From IMG/VR virus record IMGVR_UViG_3300035698_022475, positions 49,459 to 113,458 of that record: a stretch of DNA of 64,000 nt. The stretch is one strand, 5' to 3'. A program made the position numbers and the translations under genes. Of the stretch, positions 1-9,667 are shown one piece after another. Under the pieces are notes generated by a model, which was given only the letters and a program-made list of their open reading frames with translations, did not search any database and was not told the origin of the DNA. Within the stretch, counting starts at the first letter, position 1; each line of letters begins with the position of its first letter. Origin of the DNA: a virus.

Positions 1-999
1 TCCATGCAAAATAACCAGTGCAGTCGGTGCGCCTCCGCCGCCAGAACCAACCGCGTCGAGGAAGTAGTCTGGGTCGCCGAACATCGCGCTCGGCTGATAA
101 ATACTCACAACGGAGAACCCGGCCGTGGCGTCCATCTTGATAACGGTCTTGGTAGGTGCCGTACTACCCGGGTTCATCTGGAACCTACAGCCGTTGCCTA
201 CAAAAAATGAGTTCTCGAAAATCTCTAAGCCGTAGTCGCCGCCTGCAATTATAGCTGCTCCGGCAAGACACATGCACGAAAGATCGGGAAGGGGTTTCAG
301 CCTAAGTCCTGTACGCCCCGAGCCGTCGCCTCCCATGCCTCCGTCTCCGGTAAGGAACAAGCCGCCGCCCTCGTTGAGCATGTAGTTCCCGCTATCGTAT
401 GCGTCTATAGAACTGGTGTCTAACAGGACAAATGGCTCACGAGGCTCGGCCGGGGGTCCGCCATTTGCGTCTCCAATAATTCGCAAGGCCCACGACCCAA
501 CTCCATCCGACACCAGACGAACACCGCGAATGACGGTCACGCCTAATGCTGGTTCAGGGTCCCCGGCGGTTCCAGTGACAGTAAGCACATCGCCAGAACC
601 AGGACGAATCACGGCTCCCACAGGCGAGTCTATGCAGATATAGTCAGGCATCACGACGTTCTCGGCATACGCAGCTTGCTCAAGACTAAGTGTGGCTGGT
701 CCCCCAATAGTCGCCACGATGTAGTCCACCGCGCCCTGGATAGTTCGGAACGGTTGTGCCGCCGTGCCTGTCTGTGGCGTGTCCGTATCCGTACGACTCC
801 CGTCAACGTGTATGCGCGTGCTTCCCATTAGGGAACCGCTGATGATCGCCCCCACAGGATTTCCCCCACCCATAGCGATGTTGTGGTGATAAGGAATCAG
901 GGCGTGGGTAGGGTTCGACGAGATATGACTCGCAAGATTGGCCTCGGGAATAATCTCCCCGCACGCCAAACAGAAAACAGATCGGTTCATTCCTGACAT
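1..999 (-). CDS. Virion structural / tail-fibre-like protein (runs off the left window edge)
   Basis: Not in the ORF track because it is truncated. AGGAG RBS then ATG at 999; open frame MSGMNRSVFCLACGE...; contains RIHVDG...GTAAQPFRTIQGA, the same motif as the neighbouring 669-aa protein. Confidence 0.7.
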   Translation of the reverse strand, partial: MSGMNRSVFCLACGEIIPEANLASHISSNPTHALIPYHHNIAMGGGNPVGAIISGSLMGSTRIHVDGSRTDTDTPQTGTAAQPFRTIQGAVDYIVATIGGPATLSLEQAAYAENVVMPDYICIDSPVGAVIRPGSGDVLTVTGTAGDPEPALGVTVIRGVRLVSDGVGSWALRIIGDANGGPPAEPREPFVLLDTSSIDAYDSGNYMLNEGGGLFLTGDGGMGGDGSGRTGLRLKPLPDLSCMCLAGAAIIAGGDYGLEIFENSFFVGNGCRFQMNPGSTAPTKTVIKMDATAGFSVVSIYQPSAMFGDPDYFLDAVGSGGGGAPTALVILHG

Positions 1000-1008
1000 T
1001 GTCGTCTC

Positions 1009-3018
1009 CTACTGGTACCGCACGATGCGGAGAGAAAGCCCTGGGACTCCTATTGAAATGGGAAAAACTCCTCCGAAGAAGCCCTTAATCCAAACCTTCA
1101 CTTCGATGTAGTCGTTAGCCAAAAACGGAATATGATACATCTCTGCATCCGCATTAGCACTAACCCCAGCTCCCGGAAAACCAGGAACACAGTTCACGTA
1201 TATCACCTGGTTTGGTGAAACCCCTCCGTTAACATGGAACCCTACTGCCACAACTGCGTCGAACAGGATTTGTTCGTTGGCAACTTGAATAAGCGCACTA
1301 ACGCTGTAATTACCATCGCGCAGAATACAGATACGTTCAGGACGAAGGCGGTCTGGGCCAAAATCAGTATCTTGGACCCCCCAATTCCACGAGGGAACTA
1401 AATATTCATTGGCCGGGATAAACGGCCCCTCAGGGTCATTTACAAGATCCACCGCCACATCATTCATGACATGGCACTGTGACTCCCCCTCCCGCACTAC
1501 TACATCAGCCGACGAAGTTACGTTATCCACTATAAACGCGTTCAGCCCCAAGTCCGTATCGAGCATGGACCGATAGCTCACCTTGTCGAAGGTGGGTCCA
1601 AACGGCTCCCCGAGAGAGCCTGTCGCGCCGTCCCATCCGAAAATGTAGCCCAGGTATGGACCTCCTCCAGCTTGGAACTCACAGTCCCGGAAGACCGGAC
1701 CCTTGTCGTCATTGGAGTCACGGCAGCCAATATATCCTCCCGGAGAAGGATTACGCATACCGTCAAAGGCTTTATTGATAACGGAGAACACACACTGATC
1801 CACGCTCTGGAAAACACACGAGGAAAAAACTCCGATACCAAAACGTGTTTCCCGCGCATAGATAGAGATGCTATTTTTCTCATCAGGTACAAGAGGTTCC
1901 TCTACGGAGCCGACCATCGTATTCCACGTAGGATCCACTTCCATACCCCCGAACACACAGCGATCCGTGTAGAGGCTCAAACTGCCTGTGGCATCAAGGG
2001 GTACTGCACCTCCGCTTGCGTTATTCAAGAGGGAAGATACTGATGCCATGTCCAAGTGAAGGCGTTGTCCTCCACTCCAAGGTCCTGACCCCGGGAACGC
2101 ATTCACGACAGTGATTCCACCTTCAAGACGGAAAGAGGGGCCGTAGGACTCAGGAATAATACTTGGAGAATAATCGAGAGCACGCCACCCTGTGCCTTCT
2201 CCGTTTACGAATAGCTCCGGCGGATACTGCGCAGGACTGAGCCCCACAGCCGCCCAGGCTCCCGGGTTGATGTCCCAGCGAAGCTGGTCTGCAATGATAA
2301 CGTCTCTTCCAGAAAAAGTAACCTTACGGCGGTGCGGTACCCGGATAACCGCGCTCATCGAAGTGTAGTAACCTGGCGCAATGATGAACTCATACGGTGT
2401 GAGGAACTCCGCAGGGTCCACAGTGGGACCGATAGTGCTTGCCGCATACGCTATCGTCGCATAAGGCTTCTCGTGACTTCCCGTACCGGTAACGTCGCTC
2501 CCGTTCAACTGATCGACATGGATGCGACCCCACCCTGTGGGTGTAACTACTCCGCCGCCAATCACGCTATCTACCCACTTGAGGTAGGCGTCGATCTTGG
2601 ATTCCCATCCACGGTAAGCGGGGTCATCCACGGAGTTGTCGAAGATGGTCTCTTCCAACGCCGGGAGAGCGAGACCGCTCACTGCCAAGCGAATGCCCAT
2701 GTACAGTACCAGCACGTCCTCTGTGAGCATTCCTGCATCCACCGTCAGGCGAATGAGACAGCCTCCGGCGTGCCCAAACGTAGCTGCTCCAATCCAGGGA
2801 GTTCCAGGCACAGGAGTAGTAATGACAACCGGAGGTCCTGGAACCATGGACTCCTGGGGCTGTGTGAGTACTTCCCAGTCGTACGTGGAGTGAGTCACAT
2901 CCTGCGCAGTGAAGTCCACATTGATACCAGCTTGAATATCCTGGGTTGCCTTCCCGAAAACACCTACTACGGGCGGCATCGCTCCCGGTTGGTCCATTTT
3001 GAAAAGCGCGGTCATCAC
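1009..3018 (-). CDS. Virion structural / tail-fibre-like protein
   Basis: 669 aa, G/P/V-rich; RIHVDQLNGSDVTGTGSHEKPYATIAYA motif typical of beta-helix/fibre proteins; lies downstream of the tape measure gene. Confidence 0.6.
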   Translation of the reverse strand: MMTALFKMDQPGAMPPVVGVFGKATQDIQAGINVDFTAQDVTHSTYDWEVLTQPQESMVPGPPVVITTPVPGTPWIGAATFGHAGGCLIRLTVDAGMLTEDVLVLYMGIRLAVSGLALPALEETIFDNSVDDPAYRGWESKIDAYLKWVDSVIGGGVVTPTGWGRIHVDQLNGSDVTGTGSHEKPYATIAYAASTIGPTVDPAEFLTPYEFIIAPGYYTSMSAVIRVPHRRKVTFSGRDVIIADQLRWDINPGAWAAVGLSPAQYPPELFVNGEGTGWRALDYSPSIIPESYGPSFRLEGGITVVNAFPGSGPWSGGQRLHLDMASVSSLLNNASGGAVPLDATGSLSLYTDRCVFGGMEVDPTWNTMVGSVEEPLVPDEKNSISIYARETRFGIGVFSSCVFQSVDQCVFSVINKAFDGMRNPSPGGYIGCRDSNDDKGPVFRDCEFQAGGGPYLGYIFGWDGATGSLGEPFGPTFDKVSYRSMLDTDLGLNAFIVDNVTSSADVVVREGESQCHVMNDVAVDLVNDPEGPFIPANEYLVPSWNWGVQDTDFGPDRLRPERICILRDGNYSVSALIQVANEQILFDAVVAVGFHVNGGVSPNQVIYVNCVPGFPGAGVSANADAEMYHIPFLANDYIEVKVWIKGFFGGVFPISIGVPGLSLRIVRYQ

Positions 3019-3034
3019 TTACTCCTTAGCGGAA

Positions 3035-4138
3035 CTAGGGGGTTTCCCCGTTGATATAGTTATCGATCATCTCGGCGGTATCCATACTATCGTAGCCTGA
3101 CTCTTGTGCCGCGGCATAAGCCCACGAATCCGGATCTGCGAGGTAGTCATTAATGTCTACAGGATCGTCTTCAAATTGTTGTGCAGCACTCCCATCAACC
3201 GGATCCCCCGGGCCGCTTGAAGGGGGAGCAGTATCCGATGCCGCGGGCCCTGTAGACCCTGTCTCATTTGTGGGGGTTTCTGCTTGTGCAGTCTCTCCTA
3301 CGTCGCCCTCTGAAACCTCCTCGGGGATATAGGTGCCATTCTGAATCTCGTACATTTTGCGCCGCTGGTCTTGGAGCTGCTTTGCCAAATCGGCATCTGT
3401 CCTACTGAGATCATAAGGGCCATTTGAGTTAAAAGTACTGATGACTCCCTTCTTCACCAAAAAGTTAAAAGAGAAAGCCGCATACGTTTCTTGTCCTGCA
3501 ATGAGGCGCCAATTCAAATTGGTCATGGCGCCAAAAAAAGTAAAAGAATCATAGCGAAGCTGTAGTGCGAGCCCCCGCGACGCTAGTTGCGTACCTCGCC
3601 CCAGGTACTGAAATACTCTGTAGAGGTTTACAAGCCAATTGTCCTGATACGTATTCATCACCGTACCGGTATACGTAAACACAGGAGCTTGTTGTCCGAA
3701 GAAAAACGCTACATAGTTGTCAGACAACACCTCGGAAACCTGCATCTTCTCCTCATAACGGTGGTCTGCCGTATGGAGAAGAAAATCTAAATACCCCAGA
3801 CCTGCCTCGTTTTTACCGTAACCAACGAGGGCATCTACAACACTACCAACACCTCCGTCCGGGTCCCCTCCCTTGGCTCCTTTTATTGCGCTTTTGCGTA
3901 CCTTGTTAAATTGCGCCTTGGTATTGACGTTGATGTACATCCGCGCCATCGTGTCAAGGTACTCATGATTGCGGCCAGGAAGCCAACGCTCATACTGCGC
4001 AGTGCTCTGGCTATGAGCCGCAAGCACACCTCGAGCCTTGGGGTCTCGCCCACTCAACTTATTGAAATATTCAAAACTATCTGCCGTAGCACCCCCGAAA
4101 GGGTTTTTGGAGGGGTCACGCTCTGAGTACTCAACCAT
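3035..4138 (-). CDS. Putative tail-tube-initiator/baseplate protein
   Basis: 367 aa just downstream of the tape measure gene; predicted beta-rich core and acidic low-complexity C-terminus. Function inferred from position. Confidence 0.4.
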   Translation of the reverse strand: MVEYSERDPSKNPFGGATADSFEYFNKLSGRDPKARGVLAAHSQSTAQYERWLPGRNHEYLDTMARMYINVNTKAQFNKVRKSAIKGAKGGDPDGGVGSVVDALVGYGKNEAGLGYLDFLLHTADHRYEEKMQVSEVLSDNYVAFFFGQQAPVFTYTGTVMNTYQDNWLVNLYRVFQYLGRGTQLASRGLALQLRYDSFTFFGAMTNLNWRLIAGQETYAAFSFNFLVKKGVISTFNSNGPYDLSRTDADLAKQLQDQRRKMYEIQNGTYIPEEVSEGDVGETAQAETPTNETGSTGPAASDTAPPSSGPGDPVDGSAAQQFEDDPVDINDYLADPDSWAYAAAQESGYDSMDTAEMIDNYINGETP

Positions 4139-4140
4139 TA

Positions 4141-4350
4141 TTAACGCCTCTTGATTAGCTTCGGCGATGCTTGCAGATTCCGCACAAGAAGATCACCGGT
4201 TTCATACACTACAGTATAGGCGCGGAGGACCAACGGAGGCAAAACCAACCGCGCCACTTTTCCCTCCCGAGCATTCATCAACAGATTCTCGTGCACATAC
4301 CGTAGCAGTGCTTCTCCTCGGGGCGGTATTTTTTTGACTTTCTGATCCAC
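4141..4350 (-). CDS. Small hypothetical protein in tail operon
   Basis: 69 aa, fills the gap between the tape measure gene and the 367-aa gene. Confidence 0.55.
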   Translation of the reverse strand: MDQKVKKIPPRGEALLRYVHENLLMNAREGKVARLVLPPLVLRAYTVVYETGDLLVRNLQASPKLIKRR

Positions 4351-4364
4351 GGTACCGTCCTAAC

Positions 4365-7300
4365 TTAGAGATTATTACTCGCCGCTCTTGCTTCCTCTGC
4401 TTTGGCAAACGCCTGCGCTGCCTTCAAAAGACTGTCAGCGGCTGGTTTGAATTTATTTCGCACAACTTCTCCGAACTCATCCTCTCCTGCCGCGGCTGCT
4501 TTCTTCTCTTGCTTAAGGCGATCTGCTTCCGTGCCGGTTGCCTCATATGCTGACTTCTCCGACAATAACTCTTCAGGAGTAATAGAAATACCGGCCATCA
4601 CATCAGTACTGGCTTCAGCAGTTCCTCCGCCCTTAACGTACTTCAACAAATCCCCTGCCAAAGACTTCTGTTTACCGGTTCCGCTCTTCGACAGTTTCTC
4701 CAAAAACTCCGTAGTAGACTGTGCCGACCCTGACTTCTCCAGGCTTCCTCGTAATGATTCTACAATACCTTCAGCCCCTAGATCCTCGTAGGACTCGAGA
4801 CGTGACTGTAGTCCTTTGCCTGCACCTTCTCCGAGAATACCCGCAACCGTACCTGCCATCGCCCCTGACACCGCACGGCCCTGCACAAGACCCGTCATCT
4901 TACCTATATCCCGAATACCTTGCATTCCTTTAGTGCCTGATTTACGGATGGCTTTCTTTACATCCCCGCTTACGTCAGCCTTGAGCTTCCCTTGCATACG
5001 AGTCATAAACGTAGCGTAATCCGCGTCCTTAACATTACCCGCTGCCTTCTCTTGTTCAAACAGCGCCTCCATATCTGCACTAACATCCGCACCCCCAGCA
5101 ACCGCTGCCATACCTTGCATCTCGATCTTAGAAGTCTTCTGCATAAACTTTTCGAGATCTTCCAGGCCTTCGACATCTCCCCCTTTGTACCAAGAGTTAC
5201 TGAGTCCGAGCTTTCTTTCCACCGCATCAATCTCAGTATCGTAATCCTCCATTCGCGCCTCACGATTATCTTCCCCGGTCTTATTGAGTTCTAAGATCGA
5301 CGCAACCTCAGAATCAGCCTCTACCTCATCAAAGATTTCACTGTCAGCACTCTTCTCTCGGGCCGCATTACTCATATCCCCGAGGAACTTCTGACGAACC
5401 TCAGGATCCATAGCGCGCCACTCCAGCTCAGAAATACCAATAGCAGCCATACCTTGGATAGCTGCCTTCTCGAAGTCTCCGCTTGTGATGCGGTCATTTG
5501 TAAAGGTTCCAGCCCTTGACTGCACCATAGACGAATAGGCTTGAGCTGCCACCGACAAAGCCTGATACCCCTTGCTGCTATCTTTACCCTTGCGCGACGA
5601 CTTGGCCCCTATTTGGGACATCACATCGACTTTTTCTTTGGTAGACGCCTTTGCGCGCTTTTTACCCGCACCAAGCATTCCTACAACTCGCTCACGTTCT
5701 TGTTGCGCAGCAGCCATTACATTCCGTTCTTCGCCCGCCTCTAAGTTAGCGCCTACCATGCCCCCAAACATGAATTGCCCTACAGACTCCCCATACGGAA
5801 GACCTGCAGCAAGACTGAGGACATCTCCTATCCCACCACTCATACCTCCCAGGGCTTCACCCGCACGGGACAGGTCCCTGTTGGATATGTCCGTCGCAAC
5901 TCTGCGCGTCGAGCCTCCAGAGCGGCCTTTTGTAATATTCTCGTAATTTTTGGACAAGAAATCAGCCGCTTTACGTTCTGTTACATCCCGCCCACGGTCC
6001 CGACGCGTGATCATACGGCCCTCTTCCCATGCAGTCTCGTCGTCCATCCACTCACTGACATCGGAAGCTACACCAGAAATTTCTCTACCCGCAGCAGCAA
6101 AGGGGGCCGCGATAGACTCACCAACGCCCTTCACGAAACGGCCAGCACTGGAAGACTTCATCTTATCCCAGAGACCCGGTGCCCGTGCCTTGATGTCCGC
6201 GTACTGCTGACCTCCAAGCTCCTCGAGTCCTCGTTGTGCTTGTTGTTGTTGTGCTTTCCAGTACTCCGGATTCGACCCTTCCAACATCATCTGACGGGCA
6301 ATGTCGGGCCCGTACATGGCCTGCGCTCCAACGGATAGCGCATCAGCGCCCTTCATCCCGAGCATCTTCCCGGTATTCATGGCACCGCGGAAACGCATCA
6401 GGTTCATCTCACCTGGGGTCATAGTCTGTGCCGCCGCGGATGAAATCTCCTTCTGCATCAACCCGAAATTGGCAAGTGCCCCGATTCCGCCTTCCTGTAC
6501 TGCCTGGCCTAGATTCTGAACAGCCCCCATGACCATTCCGCGAGCGCCACCACCCCCGCTGTACTGCTGAGATAGATTCCCAGTGTCGAGTCCCCAATTG
6601 CCGTCTTTATAGCCGCCCACTGAGGCTGCGAAGAGGGGAGTCCCCATGTACGCCGCCTGTGCTTGTGTATTGCGTTGCGCCACCCCATGAACTCCACCCT
6701 GCATGGCGAGCTGCATGGGGGTAAAGGTTCCGGAAGCTACCGCCTGCCGTGCAGACGACATGGCATGCATCCCGTAGCCGAACCCCGCTGCGGGAGACAG
6801 CCCCGCCTGCTGGAACGTCGCAGCACCTGGGAGGCCTCCCTGCGACTGAATACCCCCAATAGAAGTGCCCGCCGCGCGAGCATACGCCTTCATCTGGTAG
6901 GCTGCTGACTCGATCTCAGGCATCTGCATACCCATCCCACGGAGCTGTGCCATCTGGCGGATGACGCTGGTAACATCCGGGTCATTCGTCAACTGCATAA
7001 ACGCACTCACTGTCCGACTGACTTTCTTCAATTGGGACTGAATCTGCGGAACACTCTGCTCCATGTCCATGAGGCCAGATTGCCCCGCCATACTGGTCAT
7101 GCGCGTCAGATCACTCCGATTGAACATTCCCCCAGTCTGTGCTTTGAACTCCTGGCTACCCGCCATCCCGCGAATACCCTGGGCCAGTTCCTGTCCTCCT
7201 TGCGGACTCAGGCCGCGTCCCATAGGATGCAAATCGGGTCCTGACATCACCCAGTTCTGAGACATCCGCTGCGCCGAAGCACCCATCTGCCGAGCGTCGA

Positions 7301-8006
7301 TGTTGGGCTGTACAGGAGCCATGGCCATCGTACCCATTCCCTGGGCCGCACCGCTGGCTCCCGCGAGGGCTGCTCCCCCTATCGCTCCCGCAATCGCTCC
7401 TGCGGGCCCAAACCGGCGTCCTGCTCCTGCACCCATGAGGGCTCCAACACCCAGGCCAGCGGCAGTACCGGCCACACGAGGGGCCTGCATAATATTAGAG
7501 TAGAGCTGATCCGCCCGCTGCTCACGTTGCATAGACTTCTGCTCCCAGGCAGTCCTGAACTGTGGCTGCGGCATCTGGGGAGTAAACGGAGTAGAAAACT
7601 GGGGCATCGTAGGCATCGGAGCCATCGGCGCAAAGGCTGCCGGCGCCGTAGGTGGCCGGAATATTCCTGTCTCTGGCGGCGTCATCATCATCGGAGATGG
7701 GAGCATAGCCGGAGCACCCCCCTGCTGGAGGGACTTCTGAAGCATAGACGCCACGTACGGATTCATGGACTGTGACTGCTGTATCTGGCTGAGTTGCGCT
7801 TGAAACTGTTGTCCAAAACCCGCCGCCTGTGCCGCAGGAGAACCCGCCATGTTCATCTGAGTAGCAATAGAGAGTTGCTGCGCAGCCTGGTTGGACATAT
7901 TTAGGGCGGTCTCAGCAGGAGAAGGAGTACGCATTGAAGGAACAGGAGACCCTCCCGGCCAGAGCCCCATGTTCATCTGCATCGAATTGTACTTACTGTC
8001 GGCCAT
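4365..8006 (-). CDS. Tape measure protein
   Basis: 1213 aa, A/G/M/Q-rich helical composition with glycine-zipper segments; directly downstream of a chaperone pair. Confidence 0.75.
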   Translation of the reverse strand: MADSKYNSMQMNMGLWPGGSPVPSMRTPSPAETALNMSNQAAQQLSIATQMNMAGSPAAQAAGFGQQFQAQLSQIQQSQSMNPYVASMLQKSLQQGGAPAMLPSPMMMTPPETGIFRPPTAPAAFAPMAPMPTMPQFSTPFTPQMPQPQFRTAWEQKSMQREQRADQLYSNIMQAPRVAGTAAGLGVGALMGAGAGRRFGPAGAIAGAIGGAALAGASGAAQGMGTMAMAPVQPNIDARQMGASAQRMSQNWVMSGPDLHPMGRGLSPQGGQELAQGIRGMAGSQEFKAQTGGMFNRSDLTRMTSMAGQSGLMDMEQSVPQIQSQLKKVSRTVSAFMQLTNDPDVTSVIRQMAQLRGMGMQMPEIESAAYQMKAYARAAGTSIGGIQSQGGLPGAATFQQAGLSPAAGFGYGMHAMSSARQAVASGTFTPMQLAMQGGVHGVAQRNTQAQAAYMGTPLFAASVGGYKDGNWGLDTGNLSQQYSGGGGARGMVMGAVQNLGQAVQEGGIGALANFGLMQKEISSAAAQTMTPGEMNLMRFRGAMNTGKMLGMKGADALSVGAQAMYGPDIARQMMLEGSNPEYWKAQQQQAQRGLEELGGQQYADIKARAPGLWDKMKSSSAGRFVKGVGESIAAPFAAAGREISGVASDVSEWMDDETAWEEGRMITRRDRGRDVTERKAADFLSKNYENITKGRSGGSTRRVATDISNRDLSRAGEALGGMSGGIGDVLSLAAGLPYGESVGQFMFGGMVGANLEAGEERNVMAAAQQERERVVGMLGAGKKRAKASTKEKVDVMSQIGAKSSRKGKDSSKGYQALSVAAQAYSSMVQSRAGTFTNDRITSGDFEKAAIQGMAAIGISELEWRAMDPEVRQKFLGDMSNAAREKSADSEIFDEVEADSEVASILELNKTGEDNREARMEDYDTEIDAVERKLGLSNSWYKGGDVEGLEDLEKFMQKTSKIEMQGMAAVAGGADVSADMEALFEQEKAAGNVKDADYATFMTRMQGKLKADVSGDVKKAIRKSGTKGMQGIRDIGKMTGLVQGRAVSGAMAGTVAGILGEGAGKGLQSRLESYEDLGAEGIVESLRGSLEKSGSAQSTTEFLEKLSKSGTGKQKSLAGDLLKYVKGGGTAEASTDVMAGISITPEELLSEKSAYEATGTEADRLKQEKKAAAAGEDEFGEVVRNKFKPAADSLLKAAQAFAKAEEARAASNNL

Positions 8007-8343
8007 CCTCGTCCTTATCTTTGACTGTCATAGCCTCCAGACGCTGCATCAACTTGTCTCTTTCAAATTCTTCCTCTAGTCGACTCTTCAGGCGACGCGC
8101 GTCTACCGATTCATACCTGAAATTATACCGTAGCTGGTAAAGTTCTTCCCTATACTTCTCAAGGAGATGATGCAAAGTAGCGTCAGGAATCCCCAGCCCC
8201 ATAGCAATCAAGCGGGCAAAGAGGGCCACTGATGAGTATTTCTCGTTCTTATCCCGAATGATCGCTTCGGTCAAAATTCGCTCTTGAAAAGAGCCGGGAG
8301 CGGGAAGCGGTGCCCCCCGCAACAGAGCGAAGGACCTCGTCAA
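7993..8343 (-). CDS. Tail assembly chaperone, second (T-like) frame
   Basis: Lies between the 220-aa gene and the tape measure gene; its frame stays open upstream through G GAT TTT at 8361-8367. Confidence 0.6.
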   Translation of the reverse strand: MTRSFALLRGAPLPAPGSFQERILTEAIIRDKNEKYSSVALFARLIAMGLGIPDATLHHLLEKYREELYQLRYNFRYESVDARRLKSRLEEEFERDKLMQRLEAMTVKDKDEDGRQ

Positions 8344-8357
8344 ACCTACTCCCGTAT

Positions 8358-9020
8358 TTAAAAATCCTGGGGAGCCCCCTCAGCAAACACTGAGCCCATT
8401 TTGAGATCAAACCGATACACCAGCTCCATGAGCTTCGCCATGACAATGGCTGGACGCGCCATCACAAACGACAGACGCTGCTTGAACGCGGCTTCCGTTT
8501 TTTGGTCAGTATCGACAGGAAAATCGAAAACGTTGTCGCCATACTTACTCAGAGAAGCCGCAACGTTGTATCGCGCAACAAGATCCTGAACACTCATGTT
8601 GTAGGTCGGATTCTCGACCTCCAAGTGCTGCTGTGCGCGGAGAGTATCACTGTAAGTCCTCGTGCGCAGCTTCACCGGCAGGGGACCAATCATGTATGAC
8701 TCCTCGTAATAGTCATTCACCAGGATCTTCTCCATGATGGCCCGGGCACTCGCCAGATCAAGACCCACCTCTTCGAGGCCCGTCACATAGGCGGTCTCTC
8801 GCTCTTCAGCAGTCAGCGGTCTGATCTCTTTACCCTTATCGGCCTCTCCCTGAAGTTCTGCTTCCAGTTCTTCGAGCTGCTTTTTGAGGTCTACGGGAGC
8901 AGTACCCTCAGTCAGAGGAACCTCTACGGGTTTCTGCTTCTCGCGGGGTTGGCGGGGCTCATTAGGTCCAGAAGGACCCAGGAATTGTCCTGGGATAGGG
9001 GTCGGTGTTTTATCGTCCAT
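8358..9020 (-). CDS. Tail assembly chaperone (G-like)
   Basis: 220 aa, AAGGAG RBS; ends GAT TTT TAA on a slippery heptamer; canonical position upstream of the tape measure gene. Confidence 0.6.
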   Translation of the reverse strand: MDDKTPTPIPGQFLGPSGPNEPRQPREKQKPVEVPLTEGTAPVDLKKQLEELEAELQGEADKGKEIRPLTAEERETAYVTGLEEVGLDLASARAIMEKILVNDYYEESYMIGPLPVKLRTRTYSDTLRAQQHLEVENPTYNMSVQDLVARYNVAASLSKYGDNVFDFPVDTDQKTEAAFKQRLSFVMARPAIVMAKLMELVYRFDLKMGSVFAEGAPQDF

Positions 9021-9069
9021 CGGTATCTCCTTGTTTACAGGCCTTAACGCCGACTATACACAAAAAGTC

Positions 9070-9078
9070 TGGTATAAG
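9070..9078 (+). promoter_or_regulatory. TGGTATAAG extended -10-like promoter element
   Basis: In the divergent intergenic gap about 30 nt upstream of UDG; the same motif recurs upstream of at least 8 other genes. Confidence 0.55.
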
Positions 9079-9109
9079 AAAGCAGCTAAACCCCGTGTGA
9101 GGTTATAAA

Positions 9110-9667
9110 ATGGGATTCAACGAACAAGTTCTAAGTTGTCGTAAGTGTTCCGAATTAGCGGACACTCGTCAAAACGTCGTTCTCGGAGAAGGGGTAATCC
9201 CCTGCGATATTCTTTTCCTCGGAGAAGCCCCTGGGAGTAGGGAAGATAGTACTGGGAAACCTTATCAAGGAGCTTCCGGCCAAATACTCCGTGCTCTTAT
9301 GCACACCACTGGAATCTTTGCTCTCCGCATTCACATCCTCAACGTACTAAAATGCCGCCCTCCCAACAATCGAAATCCTCTTGAAGAGGAACTCAAAAAC
9401 TGCCGTCCATTCCTGGAGCATCAGCTCAAGGTCGTTCGTCCTAAAGTTATTGTCGCCATGGGACGGTACGCCCAAGCTTTCGTGCTTGAACAGGAAGCAG
9501 CCAAAATTCAAGTCCTCAAGAACGCTGGGAAGACCAATACATATCGCGGCATCCCCGTCGTTCTTACTTTTCACCCTTCCTATCTTTCACGCAGCGCTAA
9601 CTCACAAGTAGAAGCTGCATTCAAGATCCACCTCCAACTGGCTAAACGCCTGAGTCAAGGAGATTAG
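9110..9667 (+). CDS. udg: Uracil-DNA glycosylase, family 4 (Fe-S)
   Basis: CRKC, GEAPG, KCRPPNNRNP, C-R-P-F-L and HPSY motifs. Confidence 0.92.
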   Translation: MGFNEQVLSCRKCSELADTRQNVVLGEGVIPCDILFLGEAPGSREDSTGKPYQGASGQILRALMHTTGIFALRIHILNVLKCRPPNNRNPLEEELKNCRPFLEHQLKVVRPKVIVAMGRYAQAFVLEQEAAKIQVLKNAGKTNTYRGIPVVLTFHPSYLSRSANSQVEAAFKIHLQLAKRLSQGD

